In this document: positions 32,167 through 40,951 of the stretch, piece by piece
Layout of the letters: the number at the start of each line of letters is the position of its first letter
How positions within the stretch are numbered: the first letter of the stretch is position 1
Source of the DNA: a virus
Taxonomy: Duplodnaviria; Caudoviricetes
Direction: 5' to 3' (one strand)
Length of the DNA stretch: 64,000 nucleotides
IMG/VR virus record: IMGVR_UViG_3300028364_000013
The notes under the pieces: generated by a model
Told to the model about the DNA's origin: nothing
Databases searched by the model: none
The model's input: only the letters and a program-made list of their open reading frames with translations
Program-made: the position numbers and the translations under genes

Positions 32167-32252
32167 TGGTTGTACAGGTAGGGCTCGAACCTACACGCCT
32201 TTTGGGCACCCGCTTCAAAGGCGGGCGAATCTGCCAGTTTCTCCACTGTACA
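32167..32252 (-). tRNA. tRNA with Gln anticodon UUG and a Leu-like long variable arm
   Basis: CCCGC-CTTTGAA-GCGGG, variable arm TGCCCAAAAGGCGT, A73, encoded CCA. Confidence 0.85.
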
Positions 32253-32293
32253 ATATTACACTTTACTATCAATGGTCAATAGTAAAGTGTTTG

Positions 32294-32364
32294 TTTCGGG
32301 GAGAAGATTCGAACTTCTATGGTCACTGTCAAAAAGTGAAATCCTGCCATTAGACGACCCCGAA
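32294..32364 (-). tRNA. tRNA-Gln(UUG)
   Basis: TTCGGGG/CCCCGAA acceptor, TCACT-TTTTGAC-AGTGA. Confidence 0.85.
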
Positions 32365-32375
32365 ATATTAAACAC

Positions 32376-32407
32376 AAAAAAAAGCCTGAACGTTCAGTCC
32401 AGGCTTT
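32376..32407 (-). terminator. attenuator terminator of the Gln leader
   Basis: AAAGCCTGGAC-TGAAC-GTTCAGGCTTT, 8-U tract. Confidence 0.9.
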
Positions 32408-32436
32408 AAATATTTTTGTTTTATTAACTAAAATGT

Positions 32437-32517
32437 TCAGGCACCACCAGGACTGTCCTCTTTCGAAGATTGTTGCTGCTGTTGCTGCTGTACGTTTATG
32501 TTAATTACTGTTTTCAT
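32437..32517 (-). CDS. poly-Gln leader peptide MKTVININVQQQQQQQSSKEDSPGGA
   Basis: 26 codons with CAG CAG CAA CAG CAG CAA CAA; terminator 30 nt downstream, then four Gln-anticodon tRNAs. Confidence 0.9.
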   Translation of the reverse strand: MKTVININVQQQQQQQSSKEDSPGGA

Positions 32518-32577
32518 TACTTTTAAATAGTATTCTTTTTTTGTTTACCAATAATCAGCGTGGTAATCCGCTATTTG

Positions 32578-32659
32578 TGACCCAGGTCGGAGTCGAACCG
32601 ACACGTCTTGCGACACACGCCCCTTAAACGTGCGTGTCTACCAATTCCACCACTGGGCC
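32578..32659 (-). tRNA. tRNA-Leu(AAG)
   Basis: Class II cloverleaf, CACGT-TTAAGGG-GCGTG, A73. Confidence 0.88.
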
Positions 32660-32763
32660 AATTTAACCATAACTTAGTAAAGTGCCTCTACCGTTCTACT
32701 GTCGAAGTTTGTTCGGGTGTTTACTCGCCTTGATAAGGACTGTCGATTGTTATAATTAATTTC

Positions 32764-32789
32764 TTATACGCAAATGTAATACTTTTGTT
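32764..32789 (-). promoter_or_regulatory. ECF-type promoter of the Leu(AAG)-Gln tRNA unit
   Basis: TGAAAC-N16-CGTATAA with embedded TACATTTG. Confidence 0.8.
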
Positions 32790-32865
32790 TCAATTATTCA
32801 ACTCTTTTTTTAATTATTTTTGTCGTAAGCAATAGGGTTCAGAAATTTTTAATATATTTATTGAT

Positions 32866-33786
32866 ATGAACAAAGAATCTAAAACAGAAAAGTTTATTCA
32901 AAAAGCAATTTGTGCTCATGTAGATAGATATGACTATTCTCTATCTAAATATTCAAATTCTAAAATTAAAGTTATAATTATATGCTCAAAGCATGGTCAG
33001 TTTAGTGTAACTCCAGATAATCATATAAATAAAAAATCTGGGTGCCCTAAATGCAATGGTGGGGTTAGATTATCTATCAATGAATTCATTGAGCAATCTA
33101 ACAAATCTCACAATAGCAAGTATGATTATTCTTTAGTAGAATATAAAAATAACGCCACTAAAGTGACAATAATATGCCCAGAGCATGGAAAATTTAAACA
33201 GAGGCCTCAAGACCACATGAACAAACTTGGATGCTCTAAATGTGGCATTAAAAAAAGAGCTAATTCAAGAACTTCAAATGCAGAAGAATTTATTAAAAAA
33301 GCAATTTATACTCATGGAGACAAATATGATTATTCAAATGTTGAGTATAAAAAATCAAACTTAAATGTAACAATAATATGTAATCAACATGGTGAATTTC
33401 AACAAAAACCAAATGACCACCTTAGCAATAAAAATGGCTGTCCTATCTGTTGTGAATCTAAAGGAGAAATTGCAATAAGAAATTTCTTAACAGAAAATTC
33501 AATAAAATTTATACCTCAAAAAAGATTCAAAGATTGTAAAGACAAAAGAACACTTCCTTTTGATTTTTATTTGCCAAAATTAAATCTTTGCATAGAATAT
33601 GATGGCATTCAGCATTTTAATAAAAAAAACAGATACTATTCAGATGACAGAAAGAAAAAAGATGAAATCAAAAATCAATATTGCACAGGCATAAATGATA
33701 AACCTAAAATTTTAAGAATATCTTACCTTGAAATTGATGATATTAATCAAATTCTAACAAACTCTGTCAAACGACAAAAACAATAA
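32866..33786 (+). CDS. homing endonuclease with DUF723-like repeats and a Vsr/DUF559-like nuclease domain
   Basis: Three YDYS...ICxxHG.F repeats, SKGE, LPFDFYLP, CIEYDGIQH. Confidence 0.8.
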   Translation: MNKESKTEKFIQKAICAHVDRYDYSLSKYSNSKIKVIIICSKHGQFSVTPDNHINKKSGCPKCNGGVRLSINEFIEQSNKSHNSKYDYSLVEYKNNATKVTIICPEHGKFKQRPQDHMNKLGCSKCGIKKRANSRTSNAEEFIKKAIYTHGDKYDYSNVEYKKSNLNVTIICNQHGEFQQKPNDHLSNKNGCPICCESKGEIAIRNFLTENSIKFIPQKRFKDCKDKRTLPFDFYLPKLNLCIEYDGIQHFNKKNRYYSDDRKKKDEIKNQYCTGINDKPKILRISYLEIDDINQILTNSVKRQKQ

Positions 33787-33796
33787 ATCAAAGAAC

Positions 33797-34045
33797 TTAA
33801 AATAGATTTCTCAAAAAACTTTTTAGTGAGTTGAATCTATTCTTAATATATTTAAAAACGTTAATTTTAGCTACAAAGAAGTATGCTCCAAAAAACGAAG
33901 CTGACAATAGGTAGAAAATAGACATAGTAGTCCAATAATCTCCCGTCCATTTCATCACAACTGCCGTTGCAGCATCGAATCCTATTGGACAAAAGAACAT
34001 TCCCATCATTAGGAACATTATACCTATGTTCTTTCTGTTTCTCAT
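33797..34045 (-). CDS. small membrane protein
   Basis: Two hydrophobic segments. Confidence 0.55.
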   Translation of the reverse strand: MRNRKNIGIMFLMMGMFFCPIGFDAATAVVMKWTGDYWTTMSIFYLLSASFFGAYFFVAKINVFKYIKNRFNSLKSFLRNLF

Positions 34046-34124
34046 AATCCCCTATACTGTCTGATTCCATTTAATCAAGTTTTGTTAATAATTTTCCACC
34101 AAAAGTGGACTCTTCTATAAATAG

Positions 34125-34796
34125 TTTAAATTCCTTCAACAAGAATTTGATACAGCTAAAAGCGATGACAAACTACCTTGTCAATGCTCAGTTTGCAAAG
34201 AAACTTTTTATCTAACAAAACACCAAACACAAAGAGTATTAAATCCAAATCAACAAAAAAATGGAAATTTTTGTTCTAACAAATGTAGAGCAAAAAACAA
34301 CACTAAAAAAGAAACAATAAATTGCACAAACTGTGATGAAGAATTTGAAAAACAATATAGCCAAATTAAAAAATCAAAAAACCACTTTTGCTCTCTCTCT
34401 TGTAATGCAACCTACAACAACAAACACAAAACCCACGGCACTCGTAGGTCAAAACTTGAAGTTTGGCTGGAGGAGCAGTTAACCAAGCTTTATCCAAATA
34501 TCCAAATAGACTTCAACAAGAAAAATACTATAGAGTCTGAACTTGACATCTATATACCTTCATTAAACCTTGCTGTTGAGCTCAATGGAATCTTTCACTA
34601 TGAACCTATATACGGAGTTGATAAACTCCAGCAGATTCAAGAGAACGACATCTCCAAATCCAAGGCATGTCATGACTTAAAAATCGACTTATGCACCATC
34701 GACACAAGTGGTCAAAAATACTTCAAAGAATCTACTTCCAAAAAATATCTTGACATCATAAATAATATTATCAAAGAACGCATGTTAACCTCTTAG
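34125..34796 (+). pseudogene. start-less Zn-finger PD-(D/E)XK homing endonuclease (not in ORF track)
   Basis: 224-codon open frame after an in-frame TAG with no upstream ATG; CSVC, FCSNKC, CTNC, FCSLSC, ELDIYIP, VELNGIFHY. Confidence 0.75.
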
Positions 34797-34852
34797 CCAG
34801 CTTTACCTGTTTCCAACAACCGCTACGTGGAAGCGGGTTAACTTTGGTTGTC

Positions 34853-34943
34853 TACTCCTGGTCGGACTCGAACCGACAACGTTTACCTGCATGGGTATCA
34901 GATTTTAAGTCTGATGCGTTTCAACCAATTTCGCCACAGGAGC
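34853..34943 (-). tRNA. tRNA-Leu(UAA)
   Basis: TCAGA-CTTAAAA-TCTGA, long variable arm, A73. Confidence 0.9.
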
Positions 34944-34952
34944 ATTTGTTTG

Positions 34953-35033
34953 TACAGATAGCGAGAGTCGAACTCGCACGCCTCTCGGCCATAGCTTCTA
35001 AGGCTATTGTGTCTACCATTCCACCACATCTGC
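34953..35033 (-). tRNA. tRNA-Leu(UAG)
   Basis: ATAGC-CTTAGAA-GCTAT, long variable arm. Confidence 0.9.
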
Positions 35034-35046
35034 ATGGCGCTGTAGA

Positions 35047-35595
35047 TTAATCTACAGCTTTATATTTTCTAAAAGTCATACTCACTCTTGGGCCACAATC
35101 TCTATCGTGCTTAGGAATCCTGTGCAAATTTGTATCTTGGAATCCTGGAGGCATATAGAATAAAGAACCATTTTCTAACTTTCTCTTATTCTCTTCTGGA
35201 ACTACTCCTTTTTCTCCTTTTAACTTCCACCAAATTTCTCTTTCAGCCCCAAATGATACAACCGCTATCCCATCATTATGGTCAATTGAATGAGAGTCGT
35301 CAGCGTGCCATCCTAATCCATTTCTTGAGTTCATATATAAATTCAAGAAGCAAATATCCAAACTTGTTCCCAACTTTTTATTAACCTTTTCCATTATTTC
35401 CCTAATCGCAGGCAACATTGGTGTTGATTTATAAGTTGGAGCTCCACTGTGGTCTAAGTAAGAGTATTCAATGTCAGAATCTGCCATAAAACACTCTCTT
35501 CTCATCTTCGTCTCATCAATCCAACTAACATCCCTTACCAAGGTGTCAATAAAATCTTCATTGACCAAATCATTTATGTATACTAACTTTTTCAT
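35047..35595 (-). CDS. AlkB-like 2OG-Fe(II) dioxygenase
   Basis: NLY, GWHADD, HRIPK, RVSMTFR. Confidence 0.88.
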   Translation of the reverse strand: MKKLVYINDLVNEDFIDTLVRDVSWIDETKMRRECFMADSDIEYSYLDHSGAPTYKSTPMLPAIREIMEKVNKKLGTSLDICFLNLYMNSRNGLGWHADDSHSIDHNDGIAVVSFGAEREIWWKLKGEKGVVPEENKRKLENGSLFYMPPGFQDTNLHRIPKHDRDCGPRVSMTFRKYKAVD

Positions 35596-35609
35596 TTCAT
35601 TTTTATTTG

Positions 35610-35682
35610 TAACTCCACCCAGATTCGAACTGAGACTTTAACGTTCGTAGCGTTAGGTGCTAATCCATTACACCATGGAGCT
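35610..35682 (-). tRNA. tRNA-Arg(ACG)
   Basis: TAACG-CTACGAA-CGTTA. Confidence 0.9.
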
Positions 35683-35985
35683 ATGAATTTCAAAGTGACA
35701 ATTAGCACAAACCAACATACACTTATCTAATTCTTCTTTTATTTTTTTATCAAACTTATGCGACTTCATTTTACTTAAAGCAAAACCTTTTTCTTTTGGG
35801 TCAAGGTGATGAAACTGTAAAGCTCCAACATATTTATCATATCCACATTTTTCACAACAACCACCTTTGTATTCAACGCATTTAATTTTAAACTTTCTAC
35901 CACGTTCTCTACTCTCTTCTTTATATCCAAGAGCCTCTAAAATTATTGGAAGTGCTGATTCTGTGTAAAATATTCTCGGTTTCAT
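35668..35985 (-). CDS. HNH endonuclease
   Basis: YKGGCCEKCGY, LQFHHLDP, CMLVCANCHFEIH; probable start MKPRIF. Confidence 0.85.
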   Translation of the reverse strand: MKPRIFYTESALPIILEALGYKEESRERGRKFKIKCVEYKGGCCEKCGYDKYVGALQFHHLDPKEKGFALSKMKSHKFDKKIKEELDKCMLVCANCHFEIHSSMV

Positions 35986-36000
35986 ATTTAAAATTTTTTG

Positions 36001-36081
36001 TACAGATGACGAGAGTCGAACTCGCACGCCTTTCGGCACTGGTTTCTAAAACCAGCGTGTCTACCATTCCACCACATCTGC
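36001..36081 (-). tRNA. tRNA-Leu(UAG)
   Basis: CTGGT-TTTAGAA-ACCAG, variable arm TGCCGAAAGGCGT. Confidence 0.92.
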
Positions 36082-36141
36082 ATATTTTTGGATAGTTAGT
36101 CGGAATATTTCCGATTATCCTATCACAATTTTACATTTTTG

Positions 36142-36215
36142 TAGGAGTAGAGGAATTCGAATCCCCGACATCTGACATGTAAAATCAGCGCTCTAACCAA
36201 CTGAGCTATACTCCT
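36142..36215 (-). tRNA. tRNA-Val(UAC)
   Basis: CTGAT-TTTACAT-GTCAG. Confidence 0.9.
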
Positions 36216-36394
36216 ATTTTTTCTAAATTTATAAATTTCATCTTAGGTCAAACCAAGAAGGGCTCGAAATTTAATTTTTAATATATTTTTTAATAAAAAC
36301 TATTAAAAAATATCTTGACATCATAATCAATATTATCAAAGAACGAACATTAAATGCTAAAACCTAAATAATAATTATTTCAAAGAACTTATAG

Positions 36395-36468
36395 TGGAAT
36401 AGGGTGGATTCGAACCGCCAACGCTCACCGCTTCAAGATGACGCTCTACCAATTGGAGCTACTATTCC
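36395..36468 (-). tRNA. tRNA-Phe(GAA)
   Basis: TCATC-TTGAAGC-GGTGA. Confidence 0.88.
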
Positions 36469-36521
36469 ATTTATTTCAATAATTTTCCTTTCGAATACCA
36501 ATGGACGTTTCCATAGGGCAC

Positions 36522-36554
36522 AAAAAAAGCCCGAACAATTATGTTCGGGCTTTT
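36522..36554 (-). terminator. attenuator terminator of the Leu/Phe leader
   Basis: AAAAGCCCGAACA-TAAT-TGTTCGGGC followed by 7 U. Confidence 0.9.
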
Positions 36555-36584
36555 AAAATATCTTGTGTTATATAATTTACATCA

Positions 36585-36689
36585 TCACACTAAAGACATA
36601 TCACGTCCGAACTTTTGTCTACTAAAGACAAACAGTAACTGCAAGAATTGCAGTGATAACTGACGTAATATGTTGTTAATGTTTTTCAT
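36585..36689 (-). CDS. Leu/Phe-rich leader peptide MKNINNILRQLSLQFLQLLFVFSRQKFGRDMSLV
   Basis: 7 Leu, 4 Phe, 3 Arg, 2 Val in 34 codons; between promoter 36730 and the terminator. Confidence 0.8.
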   Translation of the reverse strand: MKNINNILRQLSLQFLQLLFVFSRQKFGRDMSLV

Positions 36690-36729
36690 GTTATTTCTAA
36701 ATATACTAAAATTTTGTTTTCTCGTTTTA

Positions 36730-36755
36730 TTATACGCAAATATAATACTTTTGTT
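36730..36755 (-). promoter_or_regulatory. ECF-type promoter of the Phe/Val/Leu/Arg tRNA unit
   Basis: TGAAAC-N16-CGTATAA with embedded TATATTTG; nearly identical to 32764..32789. Confidence 0.8.
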
Positions 36756-36821
36756 TCAATAAAACCTAATCTTTTTTAGATAAAATTAAAATTAATTTAT
36801 AATCACTTGATTGTTAGCGCT

Positions 36822-37304
36822 TTATTCTATACTAATTTTTCCTTCATCATCCCAGAAAACATTTCTCTCTCCCATTTTTGAAGCTATTTGTGATAATTTT
36901 TCTCCGACATCTCCAAGTCCTCTATCCCAAAAACCAGCACCATGACCATTTCTTGTAAGCCAAAGGTCATGTCCAATTTGAGAAGGGTCTATATTATTAA
37001 GAAGACTTCCTGCAGCATTAACAAAATCTCTAATATCTGTATAGGCATCAATTTTTGAATCGTTGTTTATATAAGATTCAAGGTCACCTTCTGAACCAAG
37101 CTCTTCTTCTGCTGTGAAAATAGCAGCTTCAATATAACTATCCAGCATGCTTATTGTATCTTTGCTTGCTACTTCATTTTCTATCATTAGAAATTCATCT
37201 TGAAGCTTTTTTTTCTCATTCTCAAGAATTGACTTTTTTGTAACTTTATTTGTTCCTTCAGATATAATAGAACTTAATTTTGATATGATTTCTTTTTTTT
37301 TCAT
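36822..37304 (-). CDS. phage protein of unknown function, possibly virion-associated
   Basis: IGHDLWLTRNGHGAGFWDRG; N-terminal IISE; TATTTA upstream. Confidence 0.6.
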   Translation of the reverse strand: MKKKEIISKLSSIISEGTNKVTKKSILENEKKKLQDEFLMIENEVASKDTISMLDSYIEAAIFTAEEELGSEGDLESYINNDSKIDAYTDIRDFVNAAGSLLNNIDPSQIGHDLWLTRNGHGAGFWDRGLGDVGEKLSQIASKMGERNVFWDDEGKISIE

Positions 37305-37370
37305 GATAAAAGTACCTTTTCTATAAATACAAAAAAAAACCCGACACTTATGTACCAGGTTTTTAAAATT

Positions 37371-38696
37371 TTACCACCAATCCCAAAGGCAACTGTGCTT
37401 GTGGTTGTATCTGAATTCTACGAAGTCATCGCAGTAATCAGAAAGCCAACATCCCCAGTCATCGTTGATGTCATCATACTTCGCAAACATCATGCTCATG
37501 TTCTTTTTGAGCGCTTGCTTGTTGTGATGTCTATCGGCTCTGTTGTAGAGTTGAACCATGTCTTTGCTTGGTCCACTTCTCCATCCGTGCTTTTTCTTTT
37601 CATTAAAAAATGTAGTTTCTAAAGCAGCGTCAATTTCAGCCTCTTCTTGCTTAAGCACTTCATCAATCACTTTGTAGTGAGTCTTGTAGTGCTTAGACTT
37701 TTTTAGCTTAAAGTAGTACTCAGGTAAATTAACCTTGTAAAACTTTTTAACACTTCCCCAGTAAACTCTGTCTTCTGATGGGGCGTATACGAAGAATCTT
37801 TTGCACCACGGAAGAAGTCTTTCATAAGTACCTTCGTCAATTAATTTGAAGTAAGGCTTAATGTCAACTTCTCTTTTTTGCTTATAATCATATATGGTAA
37901 AAGACTTGTCTCTGCACCAAACTGATTTACCAAAGTGATAAATTAGATTCTCAATATCCTCTCCATCTTTACTTCTGGCAATGTCTGCTCTAAGCTTCCA
38001 TTCGCCATCGTAACCATCGTGGATTGGTTTATCAAGTGGTTTGTAACCAAGAGCTCTTTGAGCTTCCCAGTTTTCGTTTAACTCATTTTCCTTTCGGAGA
38101 TAAGCCTTGAACTTTTCAGTTCTCTCATTTCTTTTCATGCTCTGTGTTTTTCTAAGTGAATACTTAGAACACGGAGCCCTTTCTTGAAATTTTTGTCATT
38201 TTTTTGTCGCTTGTTTATATATACGTAAAATTATGTAAAATGTTGCCTTTAATCTAAATAAATTTCATATTTATTTATCATATTGAAATCATGAGCATAA
38301 CCTTTTGCTATCCAGAAGTTAATTTCCCACTCAGTTGTAGACTCTTCTAACCTTGTGATAATCATATCAGCATACCACTGGGCCCACTTGTGAATTTTAC
38401 TTAATCTCCACTTTTTAAACTGTTCTATCTTCTTTTTCATCTTCTTTTTCATCTTCTTTTATAAATACTGTTTTACTTGGGTCAACCCACACTGGAGGTT
38501 GGCTCTGTCCAGATACAACCCCAAGCCATACCTTCCCATAGAATAAAGTTTTTAACCTTTCTTTCCACGTCATCTTCCAGCAAGATATGCATTGTTGACC
38601 ATCACTATAGACCCACATTGAATTACATTCTTCGTCAGTCATTGACGCTGGCTTGGCCAAGTTCTTTGTCGCCTCTTCAAATTTAATTGGTTTCAT
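37371..38696 (-). CDS. three hypothetical proteins (37371..38138, 38249..38452, 38415..38696)
   Basis: Co-oriented ORFs. Confidence 0.6.
38219..38244 (-). promoter_or_regulatory. ECF-sigma-type promoter
   Basis: GCAAC-N16-CGTATAT. Confidence 0.65.
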
Positions 38697-38846
38697 CTTC
38701 TTTGATATTTAATTTTTCTTTTATGTCTGTCTCAATCTTCTCTGCTATAGCTGCACAAAATTCAGCCTCCCAATCCATGACACACAAAACTCCTCATAAA
38801 ACTCCATTCTATTTTGAAGTTATGTAAGGATTTTTTTGAAATATAC

Positions 38847-39161
38847 TTATCGTACATAGCTCTTTTTGTAATCGTCATAATCCTTGTGTTCTCTATCTCG
38901 ATGATATGAGCTCCACTTTGGAAGTACGACATCATACAAATACTTCATATACCTTTCCTCTCCAGTATAAATAGCTTTTGCCAGAGGAGAATTGTAATGT
39001 TTCTTACAAGTGTTTATTATCTCTGGAATGTAGTCTGCAGCTTCAGGTGTTTTTGAAACTATCCTTCTAATTATAGGAAAAATAACTGTATCTAACTTTT
39101 CATTTATTTCGATAACACGGCCAGTTATTTCGTGAACCATATCAAAATGCTTATAGTCCAT
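38847..39161 (-). pseudogene. 3' part of a gene interrupted by the IS605-type element
   Basis: Rejoins in frame with 40952..41119 when 39164..40953 is removed. Confidence 0.75.
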
Positions 39162-39218
39162 TAGTGAACTACCCACAAACGTAAAAACGATTTGTGGGCT
39201 TCGTAATCAAAGCGTGTA

Positions 39219-40337
39219 CTAATGTACTACTTTAGCGATTGCAGGATTGTTCCTAATCCCGAAATTCATTATATTTTTACCTGCATTAACATCTCTATCT
39301 TCCGAATGTCCACACTTATCACAATTATATGTCCTATCTGAAAGTTTAAGGTCTTTCTTGATATTCCCACAAACATTGCACAATTTACTACTTGGTTCAA
39401 ATCTTCCGATTACAACAAGGTTTTTACCTTGCCATTCAGATTTATATTCAAGCATTGTTCTTAATTGCCCCCAACCCATATCAGATATAGCCTTTGCTAA
39501 ACAATGGTTTTTAACCATATTAGAAACTGCTAAATCCTCAATACAAATTGTTTCATAAGTATCCACTAATTCAGTAGATATTTTATGCAAATAGTCAGTC
39601 CTTTGGTTACGGATTTTCTCTTGCAATAATGCTACTTTTAATTTTTGTTTTTCTCTATTACTACTTCCTTTTACTTTTCTTGCTAAACTTCTTTGTTCAA
39701 CTCTCAGCCTTATTTGTTGTGATTTGAAAAAGTTTTTATTTTCATACACAACTCCATCAGAAGTGATAGCTAAATCTTTAATCCCAAAATCAATTCCTAC
39801 ACTTGTACTTGTTGTAATTATTTTCTTTTTAGGTATTTCTTTATCATTATCAACTAAAATAGATACAAAATATTTACCTGTTACAGTCTTAGTTAATGTT
39901 ACTCTTTTTGGTATTCCTTTAAATTCTCTATGATAATCAATAGCAACTTCTTTTAATTTAGGAAGTTTAATAACATTGTCCTTAAATGATATTTCAAAAC
40001 CTTGCGGAAATGTAATTGATTGTTTAGAATATCTATTTTTATATTTAGGAAATTGCCCCCTGCCTTTAAAAAAGTTTTGATATGCAGTATCTAAATTAAT
40101 TAAACTATGTTGCAAAATTTGGCTTGGGCATTCCTTTATGTAATCAAATTCTTTTTTTAATTCGGGTAATTGTTTAATTAAATCATACTTAGATATTGAT
40201 TTTTTGTTTGAAGCATACGCAGTAGTCTTAGTTTCTAACCCTAAGTTAAAAACCAATCTATTAACTCCAAAGTACCGTTGTAATTGGTCTTTTTGAGTTT
40301 CCGTTGGGAAAATTCTGTATTTATATCCTTTTAACAT
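39219..40337 (-). CDS. tnpB: TnpB RNA-guided nuclease
   Basis: YKYRIFPT HTH, VGIDFGI, ICIEDL, SSKLCNVCG, CDKCG, DRDVNAGKNI. Confidence 0.93.
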   Translation of the reverse strand: MLKGYKYRIFPTETQKDQLQRYFGVNRLVFNLGLETKTTAYASNKKSISKYDLIKQLPELKKEFDYIKECPSQILQHSLINLDTAYQNFFKGRGQFPKYKNRYSKQSITFPQGFEISFKDNVIKLPKLKEVAIDYHREFKGIPKRVTLTKTVTGKYFVSILVDNDKEIPKKKIITTSTSVGIDFGIKDLAITSDGVVYENKNFFKSQQIRLRVEQRSLARKVKGSSNREKQKLKVALLQEKIRNQRTDYLHKISTELVDTYETICIEDLAVSNMVKNHCLAKAISDMGWGQLRTMLEYKSEWQGKNLVVIGRFEPSSKLCNVCGNIKKDLKLSDRTYNCDKCGHSEDRDVNAGKNIMNFGIRNNPAIAKVVH

Positions 40338-40483
40338 CTATTATTAAATAGTCTAATTTTTTGTAAAGATACATAATTTTTAATTAAAACTTGTGTTTTG
40401 GTTAAATTATATTTAATTAATACCGTATTTAGTTTAAATCATTCCGTCTTTGGTTGTAAATAATTTAAACTAAATACTACATT

Positions 40484-40888
40484 ATGCAATCAAATTACAT
40501 TTCTACAAATCATTCAAAACATTACTTAAAAGCTCATATTATTATAGTTTGCAAGTATCGTAAGCCATTATTAGTTGGTCAACTCAAACAAGATATGCAC
40601 AATATTCTACAAAATATTATCTCTAATTCAGATTTTAGTGTAGAAGTATATGAGTCAGATTTAGACCACTATCATTTTCTTATTCGTTACATACCCCGTC
40701 TTTCAATCTCTCAAATAGTTCGTAGGTTAAAACAAGAATCCACTAAACACATTTGGCTACTACACCCAGCATTACTTCGTAGAGAATACTGGTACAAAAA
40801 TACATTTTGGAGTGATGGTTATTTCGTTTGTTCAATAGGCAAAGCAAGTCCTGATACTATTCGTCAATATATTTTAAGTCAAGGTTAA
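40484..40888 (+). CDS. tnpA: IS200-type Y1 HUH transposase
   Basis: AHIIIVCKYR, DHYHFL, LKQES, FWSDGYF, IRQYI. Confidence 0.93.
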   Translation: MQSNYISTNHSKHYLKAHIIIVCKYRKPLLVGQLKQDMHNILQNIISNSDFSVEVYESDLDHYHFLIRYIPRLSISQIVRRLKQESTKHIWLLHPALLRREYWYKNTFWSDGYFVCSIGKASPDTIRQYILSQG

Positions 40889-40951
40889 TCGTTACCTTTG
40901 TCGCTTACATCTCACCCACGCAAAAGCGATGAGTGAGTTTTACGCTCCGTT

